Part shown: positions 50,501 through 61,910 of the stretch, piece after piece | How positions within the stretch are numbered: the first letter of the stretch is position 1 | Layout of the letters: every line of letters begins with the position of its first letter | Translations under genes and position numbers: made by a program | Notes under the pieces: generated by a model | Database searches by the model: none | Told to the model about the DNA's origin: nothing | The model's input: only the letters and a program-made list of their open reading frames with translations | Source of the DNA: Sphaerodactylus townsendi | Lineage: Eukaryota | Length of the DNA: 64,000 nt | Assembly: GCF_021028975.2 (NCBI RefSeq) | Contig: NC_059431.1 | Coordinates: 68,200,001 to 68,264,000 of the forward strand | Direction: 5' to 3'

Positions 50501-52599
50501 GCCCCCCCACCCCCCCGGTTCTTGTACATACTTAAGTAAATAAATTCTGCTCACCTCAGCCTACATACATTTGATCATGTGTAAGAGCATTCCACAGCAC
50601 GGACAACCTGACCATGTGTGTGCCTACTTGTCAAAGTATGTTTTCAATTCTTCGAGAAGCAGTTTGGATTCAACCTCTCCTTCTGTTCAAAGGAAGTGGT
50701 CTTCATTATAATGTGAAATGTTGAGATTTCTTTTACTGAAGATGGTATTATCTGATTTTGATTTCAAAATGGAAATGTGGACAGGCCCTGGGTTAATCTT
50801 CAACTCACATTCTTTGCAGACCTGTCAGAGCCACTATGGAAAAAGGTCCTAAGGCATAGCATGTACGAACATTTCCAAATCAGATTTATACTATAGCACA
50901 AAATGTTTTCTTCAATTAAAAATGGGCTCAGGGATTTGAAAAAAAAATTTGTTAGATGTTGATGGATGAGATTACATCATTCTCTCCATATTTAACTCCA
51001 GAGCAATGAATGTGTCAATATAAAAATTGTGTATCTTTGAGGGGAAAAACACACCAGCTACACTTTTACCATCGCCCCATTGGCTTCTAGAAGAGATGAA
51101 CAAAAGTCCTACAAAACCATGCTTCTGGAAAAAGCTGTCAGACATTAACCCCTAGAGCTGAGGGGCAACTATTTGAATTGCAGGAGAACTGTGATCAGAT
51201 AGCTTGGTGTGTTTAATTGCTGAAATAAATTGCTGAAGTTGCTGAAATAAATCTGTGTGGTGGCACTGGGAGAAAGGATTTAATCGTTACTTTCCATGCC
51301 ATTTTCTCTTCTCTTCCATCATGCTGCTATTTGCCCTGACATCTTCAGGTGCAGGAGCAAAAAGAATGGTTTTGTGTGGGTTATAGGACTTTTTTCCACA
51401 GTCAAAAATGACCCGTGGTAGATTCAGAAGTTTACCTGCCGCAGCTTTTTTTGCCCTGCTTCTGATTTTCCACGGCTCCTCGGTTCTTCCCGGCAGAGGC
51501 GTTCCTCCCATTGGGCAAAGGAAAGGAAAGGTTTTGCTGCCATGATGTTTGGCTCAGCAGTGGAGTCAGCAGAGTTACATGGAAGCATTTCAAAATAACC
51601 TCCAATTTAGTGGTTTTTGAAATCTCCGGGGGAAAGGGAAAATGGCAGTGGAACACAGAGGCAGATGCTGTGCAGCTTCAGGAACAGTGAAGAATTCCTG
51701 ACTGCACAGGAGTATTGCCCATGCTAACAACAATGCAATTTTGCTGTGGAAAAACGACCATATGTTTTACTTTAACATAAAATTATAACTTTCGGAAGAT
51801 TTTGCCACAATCAGAGATCTGACTACATTGCGAGATCTAGCCATTTATTTCGCATTTCTAATCTAGTTTTAGCCTTAGTATTTATTAAATATAAACATTG
51901 ATATTTTGGTGACCCTACTACATCTGGGAAAGGGGAAGTTTAGCCACTTTTAAAAACAATTAAAAGTATCAGGATATTTGATCACAGAATTTCTGCATCT
52001 TATCTAGCTGCTCCCTTAGCATGAGGATTTTCCTGGCTCAGCTCATTCCACTGTGCATTTGTTTTCAGTTAAACCAATTCTAATCCAGGGTTATACCCTA
52101 CAAATGCTAGAAAGTCATGAAAAATCATATTAGCAGGCAGGTAATAAATTAAGCAAACTGATTTTTTTTTTAAAAAACAATTTTTTGAATTGCTACCTCA
52201 GTATAATTTATTAGGTGTTAGAGTTGCAAACCCTGTGTTTTATATACTACTTTGAAGAATATAAATATTACATCATGTGAAATCAAGGTGTCAGCCAATG
52301 AGATCTTGGATGGCTCTCTCTTTTTTCAGCAATAACAGTACAGTCACGCTGTTTTACAAGGCAGTAATCCAGCCACCCAATGGAGGGACTTGGAAAGCAA
52401 AACCTTCCTTTTTTATTTCAGCAAGGGGATCAAGTTGTGACCTTGTCAAATAGTGTGACAGAACTGTGACAACTTTTGCTGCAACTGTTTAAAAAGGTAT
52501 TTTATAAAATATGCTTATAAAAGGGAAAAAAATCATAGTAAGTGGCTCAAAGGAAGAGCCAAGTGATTAAGATAGAAGTATTATAGGGATTCCCTGTAA

Positions 52600-52744
52600 C
52601 CATGGTGCCGAACCTTTGGCATTCCAGATGTTATGGACTACAAATCCCATCAGCCCCGCCAGCATGACCAACTGGCCATGCTGGCAGGGGCTGATGGGAA
52701 TTGTAGTCCATAACATCTGGAGTGCCAAAGGTTCGCCACCAATG
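52600..52744. mobile_element. Palindromic hAT MITE
   Basis: Exact 8-bp TSD ccctgtaa (52592-52599, 52745-52752); ends ccatggtgccgaacc / ggttcgccaccaatg; core nearly identical to 30020-30158. Confidence 0.9.
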
Positions 52745-54183
52745 CCCTGTAAGAACTGTGTTAAGACAACCTTTTCTAAGCCTTACTCACCATAGGTTGA
52801 TTATGAAACGCTGAATCAAATTATGCCCGATCTATGAATATTAATATTTCTGGGGGGTTTAAGTGTAAACAATACATTTTAAAGCTACAGTTAATTTACT
52901 GTTGGGTGGTGTAATCCTGAGGCCCAGGAGTTGCACTGCGACCAACACAACCCAGCTTTGACATAGCTGAGCCACCCCTGAAGAGGATATTTCCCAGGCT
53001 GTCAGAGGGAAAACGGAGGGCTTCATATTATTTATTTATTTTTACTGTAAACATCACAATTACACTATCAAAGAGCAGTAGGCAGCCTGCAGTAGCTCCC
53101 ACAGCCAATCAGGGATGCAGAGGAATGGGGGAGGAGTGAGGTGATAGAAACAGGGGAAGAGAGGGATGGTACTAAGCAGATGAGCTGCCAGCCAGTGTTC
53201 TGTCCCCCAGTGAGACCTGGAGATCCCCTGTGATGGCAACATAGCTCCAGACTTCACAGATTCATTCCTCCAGAGATTTTGGCTGAGTCGGGAGGTGAAC
53301 TGAATGGGAACAGACCCCACTGATGTCTCTCTGTGTCAAGGAGCCTGGAACCTCAAGGTCTGTCCGTACAGAAGGGACACCATCATAGAGCTCCATTCAC
53401 TCCGTAAAGAGCTCCATTCACTCCACAGGCAAATTCCAGCATCTGCAATTCCAATAAGGCTCCATCTCTTCCTCTTCAACAACTAACCCTCACTCAGTCA
53501 AATTCTAAAAACACAGTTATGTTTTTCAACACACTTTACTGGTGGAGGCTGCAAAGGCAACAGAACTTGAAGCCTCTGTCTCCACCTCTGAGTCTCCTGA
53601 AGGAAAACAAGAGTGACTCTCCCAGTGTGGCTTTCCATTAAGGTGGAGGACCAATATGTTCAGATTTCTGTATACCTTGGAGATTTCTGTATACCTTGGA
53701 GGCATTTTTTTGTTCTGCAGGCAAGGCTGTGGGTGAAACAGCAGGTCAGTGGTAGGAGCAGAAGCTCTCTCAGTTGGATCAGGATCTGAAACAGAAAAAA
53801 AAATACAAATGCATCACAACAAGGAGCCAAAGGCCAGATAATTCAGTCAGCAGCCCTTTTGTGGGGGGGAGGTCTGTGGTGTCACCACAGCAGATCTCCC
53901 CCCACCCCCTAGGTTTCAAACCTGCAATGGTCAAGTCTCTGTCACCTATCTGCAGCTCCTGTCAATACCTGTCCTAATTGATGGGTCCTCCTGAGCATGC
54001 ACTTTGGGGAGGGGTGTCCTGCAAGGAAATGAGTACAGGGAGTCCTCTGTCACCCACTGTGCTGTCCATAGTGGACCTCCTCCTGCAACTCTACTGCTGC
54101 TGATTGGAGCCATTGTATGATCTGACTCTTCATGTGAGGAGTCCTTCAAATCCCTGGTTTGACTGAGCCTGGCTGGCCCATGA

Positions 54184-55150
54184 CAGTGACACATCTTCTG
54201 AGGTGTGAACCATTCCCATTATGGGTGGCTAGGGGTGGCGTGAAGGTGGCTAGGGGTGGGGGAAGGTGACAAGGGGTGGTGGGGGAAGAGAAGACCTCTG
54301 CCAGGCCCTGTGGGCCCAATTGGCCTTTTGGGGTGGGGCAGGGCGGGGAGGGAAGGCCTTTTGGGGCCTTTTGCGGTGGCGTGGGGGAAGAAAAGGCCAT
54401 GTGTGATTGTTGTGTTCAGACATGTGGTCAGGGGCTTGGGCTATGATTTGATGCTGATTTGGGTGGAACTTAGAGCAAAAATCTTGAAGATCCATGAGAA
54501 TTTGTGTTTTCCAAGCAGGTTTTTGTGCCCCTGTGGCACCACAGAACATGGGATGTGTGATTGTTGTGTTCACACTTGTGTCTAGGGGTATGAGCAGTGA
54601 TGTGCAGGTTATTTTTGGGTGACCAAGTGGAAAAATCATGAGGATTCATTATTTTCAAGCAGGTTTTTGTGCCACTGCAGCACCATGAAGCATGGGATGT
54701 GTGATTGTTGTGTTCAGACATGTGGCTAATGGCTGGAGTTTGGGGTGTAATGTGCTGGTGATTTTGGGATGACAGTGCAAAAATCATGAGGATCCGCATT
54801 TTTCAAACAGGTTTTTGTGCCACTGTGGCACCATAGAGCGTGGGATGCAGAATTGTTTTGTTGTTGCCTGTAGACTAAGACATGTTCTATAGTTTCATGG
54901 TGGTTTCATTTCATTCCAATGCAAAAATCATATGAATTCATGAGGGTCTGTTTAAAATCATCTGGATTGGCTTTTATCCAGATTTGTGAGTTGGGGCATG
55001 TTCTATAATGTGATGATGACTTTGAGATGACCTGGTGCAAAAAAAAAAACACCCGTGTTTGGTCTTGGTGGGGGAGAGCAGCTGCCCATGGGGGAAGGGG
55101 CAGAAAAAGCAGATTTTGCCCCAGGCTCCATTTTCCTAGCTATGCCTCTG
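54184..55150. mobile_element. hAT-like element (CAGAGGCGTAGCT family) with internal ~145-150-bp tandem repeat; left end uncertain
   Basis: Right end ttttgccccaggctccattttcctagctatgcctctg; three repeats at ~54400-54850 (gtgtgattgttgtgttca, caggtttttgtgcc). Confidence 0.65.
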
Positions 55151-55589
55151 CCATGCTGGCTCTCATAAGTTAGTTGTGTAGACAGACAGATGGATGGATT
55201 AGATCAAATATGTTCCCTGTAAAGTGTGCATGGCTATTATTGTTCCAAGGTACATTAAGAACGTATTAGGGCATGTGTGCATGTGCTGAAGTGGGTAGAT
55301 TCACTCAAGGGAGTAGCTCAGGATACACCATTCCAGTAATGTGAAGAGATACCATCTGGAACACGTCTAGCGGCTGACCAAGTTAGATAATATTTCAGAA
55401 CTGGATTTGCAGCACTGGATGTTTAATTTTGCAGATATTAATCTATGACAAATTGCATGTTTTTCAAATGTCCATTTCTGGTCACATATACGTCTTTTGA
55501 ATGGAAACCCTGATGAACTCTGACTTTATCAATTTAATCAAATGTCAATTTAATTAGAACAAAGTAGACAATGCTGGAACAACAACATA

Positions 55590-56645
55590 CCATATATACT
55601 CGAGTATAAGTTGACTTTCTCAGCACATTTCTTAATGCTGAAAAAGCCCCCTCGGCTTATACTCAAGTATATACGGTAATTCCAAGATGGCCGCTGGAGC
55701 TGTGGCACACCGAGAAAGGAGATCACACCAGCTGTGGCAGAAGCATTTTGCCTGCATCCAACTTTGCGTATTAAATTCACCATTCCCTTTTTGTGTTTTT
55801 ATGTAAATCTAGGTTTGTAAATCCTCCAGCTTTGATAAAGCCACAGTCTTTGCAATTAGAGTTGCTCCATTGGCTCTGAATGCCCTGTTAGGTATTACTC
55901 TGTGCCCTTGAAATTTGTGTTCTGACAGGCATGGTATCCTCTTGGAGAGAGATTCCATTGCACTTGTAGCGTTTAAAGACTGCAAAATGCAAGTCAAGAT
56001 TTGTTACTAGTAAATCAGGTCAAGCTGAGTTTTTGTGTAAATTCCTCTCTGTAAAACAGTACAAATTAAAGCTGAAAAAAGAGGGTCTTACAATTCTAAG
56101 GACAGAAATACCCTCTGTGCTATTTAGCAAGTGTGGTAGGAGACAAAGAGACACTGTAGATCTTCCTGATGGGTAAATCTTACCTTTGAATAAAATATGT
56201 CCCTGAACATGCAAGGATAAAAGCATACACTGTTCACAAGGTGGTGCTAGCAAACCAGCTAGTATCTGCTTCCTTTAAAAACTGCCTTGCTTAATGACTT
56301 TTTAAAAAATCTCTAGTGAGCCATTTTTTGGAGGGAGGGGCCTTGTGGGTACCTCACATTGTACTTTTGACATAAAGCTAAGCCAGGCAGTCTCCCCTTC
56401 TTTGCCTTCATCATCCTGTTCCGGTCCTCTGACTTGTGAAGGATTGCCTTTAGTCAACTTTTCTTACAACTAGTGAGATACCTTCATGGATTTTATTGGT
56501 ATCTATTTAATTTTTGAAATTTACCAGTAGCTGCTGCATTTCCCACCCTAGACTTATACTCGAGTCAATAGGTTTCCCAGTTTTTTGTGGTAAAATTAGG
56601 TACCTCGACTTATATTCAGGTCAACTTATACTTGAGTATACATGG
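55590..56645. mobile_element. Tc2-type mariner non-autonomous element with an internal extra TIR at ~55656-55676
   Basis: ta|ccatatatactcgagtataag at left; cttatactcaagtatatacgg|ta at 55676; cttatacttgagtatacatgg at 56645. Confidence 0.75.
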
Positions 56646-57379
56646 GTTCTTTAAATTGAAAATTTTCTGAATGTTGGCATGTTTAACTCACAGGAGTGAA
56701 GGGGAATGGGAACGTAGGCCTAATAGGGAATGTGAACCGAATGGTGGTAAAAGAAGACAGTCCTCTCCAGAATCAGTCTTCTGGCTATGAAGATAGCCGC
56801 TGTTCATATTTCTTAGATTAAAATAATAGTCCTATGTGAGAAACAGTGGCGTTTCTCCATAGGGACGAGGGGTACCCCTTGTCCCCGGGCGCAACAATGG
56901 CGGTCACGTGGGGGGCGCCAAAATGTCGGGTGGTGGGCCCCTCCCCCGCCTCCCCAGACTGCACCAGATCATGTGAAGCCAAGCACATAGCAGTCGGCAG
57001 CCTGCCTTAGCCACGCCCACCCTGGACGGTAGCCTCTCTGGGCCAGTCCCACCATTCAGACAAGCCACCAGAGTCGAAGGGCGGGGAAGCTCCGGCTCCC
57101 TTTGGACCCAGCGTAAAGTGGGCCTTGGCTCTCCTTCTCCTTCTCTCAGCGAGATGTGGCCGGAGGTTGCACACAAACCTCCTCCCCTGCCAAGAGTGAC
57201 TGCAGCAGCGCATAAGGGAAGGGAGAGGTGAGAGAAGGCCCGGGAGGAAGCAAGCAGCCGCAGCAGCAGTGCAAGCACAGGCATCGCGGGCAAAGAAGCG
57301 GGCTCGGGCTTTGCCTTCGAAGTCCTGCCAGTGCCGGACCAACAGCCTGTAGTCCCTCCTAGTCGCAGAGCCACAGCGG

Positions 57380-58580
57380 AAGCAGGTTTGTTTTTTCATC
57401 CGGGTCGCCCACATTGCTCCCCCCTCCCCCTGGCATAACAACAACGGCCTTAGAAGAGGCCTTAGGAAGGGAGTGAGGGAGAAAGAAGGGGGCGTCGCTG
57501 GCTGGGTGCTGGAGGCTTCATCTCGACCTCGCACTCTGCGGGAGGGGGGGATGCGTCGCTTCACACAACAGCCTCCTTCGCTCTGAGCAGAGAATAAAGC
57601 TTTCGGGCCGCACACCATCAAGCGGTCGGGTGCCGCCTGGGCTCCTTTCCTGTGTTTAGAGGCTTCTGAATAGGGTGGGCATGGAGGTGGACTCCAGTCC
57701 TTGCAGGGCTTGTTGCTTCTCCTCGAGGGAGGTTTGTTTAGTTTTCCCTCAAGGGTTTGTTGCTCCCCCCTCCCCTGGCATGCTAACGACTCTCACTCAA
57801 GGCCTTAGAAGAGGCTGAGGAGGGAGAGAAAGCAAGAGGGTTGTTGTTAGCTGGGCTCGAGGCCTATCTCGACCTCATACACTCGCTGGGGAGGGGGATG
57901 ATGCATGCGCTTCACACCGCCTCCCTGTTCTGAGCAGAGAACGAGCGGCTGCACCAGCTGGGCCAAGCCAGGTGCCACACGCCAAAGGGCTTCTGGCTGG
58001 GAGAGAGTAAGTGGCAAGCAGACGCTGGGGCGAAATGCCTGGTCAGCTCCCTCCCCTGCATTTAGAGGCGCCTGGAATAGGTGGGCAAGGCGGAGGGGGA
58101 CTCCAGTCCTTGCAGGGCTTGTTGCTTCTCCACCAGGAAGGTTTGTTTACGTTTTGCTCTCCCCCCTGGCATACCAACCAACTCGGCCTTAGAAGAGGCT
58201 TTTAGGAAGGGAGTGAGGGAGAAAAGAAGGGGGTTGCTGCTGGCCGGGTGCCGGAGGCTTCATCTGACCATGCTCATGCGGGGGGGGGGGATGCGGGCCG
58301 CTTCCCTGACGGCCTCCCTGTTCTGGAGGCAGAGAACGAGCGGGCGGCAGCGCGCCGAAGGGAGCTCTGGCTGGGAGAGTACCCCAGGGAGTAGACGGCA
58401 AGCACACGCTCACGGGGGTGCGGGGTGCATGCAAATGGCCCCGGGGGGCGCAGACGGCCTGGTCAGCTCCCTCCCTTTATTTAGAGGCGCCCAAATAGGC
58501 GGGAATGGGAGGGGGACTCCAGTCCTAGCAGCGCTTGTTGGTTCTCCACCAGGAAGGTTTGTTTAGTTTTCCTCCGTGGG
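57380..58580 (+). repeat. GC-rich tandem repeat, about three units of ~350-415 bp
   Basis: ggactccagtcct(t)gcag..cttgttg.ttctcc recurs at ~57690, 58100 and 58515; ggccttagaagaggc recurs at ~57447, 57802 and 58185. Confidence 0.8.
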
Positions 58581-59439
58581 CCCATCGCTCCTCCCACCCC
58601 AACAGGCAGTTTTGATTCCTTCCTGTGGCCGGTGCCAGGCACTTGTGGAGCAGTAGTGGTTAGAGCGGGTGCAGGTAGTGATGCAGAACCCCAAGGAAAA
58701 CTTCAGGGGTGGTGGGGATGCCAGCTCGGCGCCTTATGATGAGGGGGCTGGGACAAGGAAGGACCAAAGTCCTGGCAGGGAAGTTGGCAAGCGGGAATCC
58801 CCCGACGGCAACAGGCTGGCAAGGTTCCCACCCCGTACCAAACTAGGAGTCTTCCTAGGGGGGCACTTTGTGGTGGGGGGGACACCCTGCTAGGAGGGGG
58901 TCTTGACAGGCACCGGAGATAGCCGCAGATTGCCTTTATTACTGATCCCCAACATATCCTGTTTAAAAATTCAAATAGTGAAGTGCTTAAAAATTACGTG
59001 GATGGAACTGTGGTGCCCTCTTCACCTCTTCCCCAGCCAACCTTCTTTCCCCAGCCCTCCTTGTGGGAGAGAAGCCCCAGCAGCCCCCAGGTGAGGGTTG
59101 CTGGCTTGAGCAACTCTGCTTTCCAAGGAGGCTGCCCAGCTGGTTGGGAAAGATCCAGCTGTTAAAAAATTAGAATCCTACTCACTGCTTCTTCCCATCC
59201 CCAGCCTCACAATGAGGTTTAGGAGGTCAGAAAGTGTGTACTACCAAAGATCTACCAGCATGATTTCTGAATTTCTAGCTTTATAACTCTGCAAAGAATA
59301 AGTCTATTGAGGGGGGGGGTGTTAATGAAAGCTGAGAATTCAGAGATCATGGCAAAGGATTTTTAGAACTTCAAGTGCACACCTTTGGAATACAAATTAA
59401 AGAGAACATTCCATTGAGTTGCAACCCATTCCATGACAA

Positions 59440-59600
59440 TCCTTTGCATGGAGCATCTCCAGGCAAGAAACAGAGGTGGTTAGCTATTGCTTTCCTCTGC
59501 ATAGCAACCTGGTCTTCCTTGGTAGTCTCCTCCTATCCAAGTAGTGACTATGTGGTGACCCTACTTAGCCTTCTAAGTCCTGATTAACCTTGAACCTAAC
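59440..59600 (-). mobile_element. 5S-Sauria-type SINE fragment
   Basis: ccttggtagtctcctcctatccaagtagtgac...ccctacttagccttct is the reverse complement of a 5S-like head. Confidence 0.6.
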
Positions 59601-59809
59601 TAAGCACCTCAGGATGGTGTGATAGCAATAGCAACAGCCAATGTTTTTAAAAAGCACTCTAGTGATACTCGCACCAGAGGAAGCGGGAATGTTGGGGAAA
59701 TAATGGGTGACTCTCTGGGATGCAGTCACAGATAATTAAATCTCAGATTAATCAGTTACCAATAAAATGCTGTGTGTGTGTGTGTCTGTGGGGGGGGGGC
59801 TAATTCTGT

Positions 59810-59875
59810 GCATGCCCACAGAGAGGGCCCTGAGTGCCACCTCTGGCACCAAGTGTTACAGGTTCGCCACCAATG
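59810..59875 (+). mobile_element. hAT1-like transposon 3' end fragment
   Basis: gcatgcccacagagagggccctgagtgccacctctggcacc...aggttcgccaccaatg. Confidence 0.6.
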
Positions 59876-61124
59876 CTATACAGAGTTCTCCAACCCAAGC
59901 CCATGGACCACTGCATACGAAGCCTGGTAAGGAAGGGGGTGGTGGTGACACCACTCATCCCTTTGACAGCTGGAGTAGAGCTGTCTCAGTGATTTTTGAG
60001 AGATTTGCATGCTTACTACCCACTTGCACTGGCTGGGAGCTGTTTCTCAGGCTAACAACCTACCTCATAGGGTTGGTGTGAGGACAAAATTAGGAAAGAC
60101 ATTTGATTGGGGAGAGAGCCATGTATGTTATGCTGGGGCTGGGAGGTGTTTTGTGAGAGATGACGCTGACATTCGTTTGGCAAATGTTTTGTCAGTGACG
60201 GTGATTTGTGAGAGATTTAAGATGCTTACTTGCACTGCCTGGTTTGGAGGAATGCTGCAGCCACTTTCCCTTCTGCCTAGGTATCTAATTGCCGTAGTAA
60301 AACATTTTGAAAGCATTTTGAAAAAATTGTCTAAATGTTTGATTTTTGCTGAGTGGTATAGACTATTGCTGTGTTGGGGCATGTTCTATGGTGATTTAGA
60401 AATGACCTAGTGCAAAAAATCATTGTTTGGTTAGTTTCACTCATCACGGGGGGGGGGGGGCGCCAAACTCAAGTTTTGTCCCCGGGCTCCAGTCTACCTA
60501 GCTACACCTCTGGTGAGAAACCATCAGAAATCAAAATGGAAATCATCACATGTGATTGTACATGCACTATGGCATAATGCGTATGCAGAGCACAAGTGCA
60601 GGGAAGCAGTTCCTAATAATGTATTCCCAGTATGTGGGATTGTCACACAAGGCAATCTACATCCAGGATTTTAAAAAATATGACAGTATATGCTGCAATA
60701 GGAAATATGGAACAGGCTATGGTTTGACTTTCAAACCTTCCACAGACAGAAGTTATTATAACTTACCACAAGATCATCTTTTTACATCACCTAGCAATTG
60801 AAAGCTACTTGGCATTAGACCAACATCCTTGTTCTCCAGTTCCATAGATAGCATTTCAGTCTCTCAGACAGTTTTGCTGCCTGTCCCAAGTGCAGCGCAC
60901 ACACATGCAAAATGGAGACATGAAAAATGCAAGATGCTTTGGGTGTGGAGAGCATGTTGAAGTCAAGACACAGATTACAGGAGAAATCAAAGAGCTCAGA
61001 AATTTTCCTTTGAACTGATTTCCACAAAAGGAATTACACCCATTGCTGTATACATCTACTGGGGCTGGTATCCTTTCTAGAACAGAAAGTCAGATCTGGC
61101 TTATAGTTTTTTAGGGGACTTGGG

Positions 61125-61225
61125 CAGTGGTGGGATTCAGCAGGTTCACACCACTTCGGCAGAAACGGTTGTTAAAATGGTGCTTGTAAACAACCAGTTG
61201 CTAAATTATTTGAATTTCACCACTG
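61125..61225. mobile_element. Short hAT MITE (CAGTGGTGGGATTCA termini)
   Basis: TIRs cagtggtgggattca / tgaatttcaccactg; imperfect flanking repeat gacttggg / gcttggg. Confidence 0.75.
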
Positions 61226-61910
61226 GCTTGGGCCATTTGGACTAGGATGACCTGTAATTGTCCTGATGTGAAAGGGAAGAGAGCAGAAGGATTGTAGGAT
61301 GCACAAGCTGTGGAAATACTATGGAAATACTGCACATACCTAAGAGTCTCTGGATTATATTGGTACTAAACATGTGGCAGGGCAAAAGTTGAAGGATGAG
61401 TATCAAGAAGGCAGTTGTGGCTCATAACAAGTAATTATATCAATTGATCTTGATCCCGGTAACTTTGTTAATCTCCTGTGCTAACCATTAATGAAGTGTG
61501 GAGAAAGAAATTCCTCAAAATGGTAGGAGCACTGAGTCCTTCACAACTTCTATTTTGAAGTTTCAGTGAGAATTCCTGTGTCCTAATTATAAGTCACATT
61601 TTTTAAAAAAAGATTGTATTTGGTCCATAGCTTGACATGACTGTAAAATAATGAATGCAAATCTACAAAATAGTTTCAATTGTATTTTACACTGCTGCAA
61701 AATTGTCTGACTTATAAAATATATTCAGTGTGTTGTGGGTTGGTTGTACATCAGATGTTTACTGGCAGACAGTAAAACCACATAAGCAAAATCAGAGTGA
61801 ATGTAATTGCTGGCCTGCATGGACAGTACTAGGGCACGTGTCTGCACAAGGATATCTCAAACTTCTCTAGTCCTGATCTGATTGCCTCAACTATTCCTCC
61901 AGTAGCCCGC

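Larger units (their letters stand above)
56844..60512. mobile_element. 3.67-kb cargo-carrying non-autonomous hAT-like element
   Basis: Exact 8-bp TSD gtgagaaa (56836-56843, 60513-60520); TIRs cagtggcgtttct / agctacacctctg; ttgtccccgggc near both ends; no transposase ORF. Confidence 0.85.

Noticed and set aside
56904-58566. Long ORFs (156-204 aa) in the GC-rich block as a gene
   Set aside because: Expected from stop-codon scarcity in GC-rich tandem repeats; frames are not preserved between repeat units; the block lies inside a TSD-flanked element.
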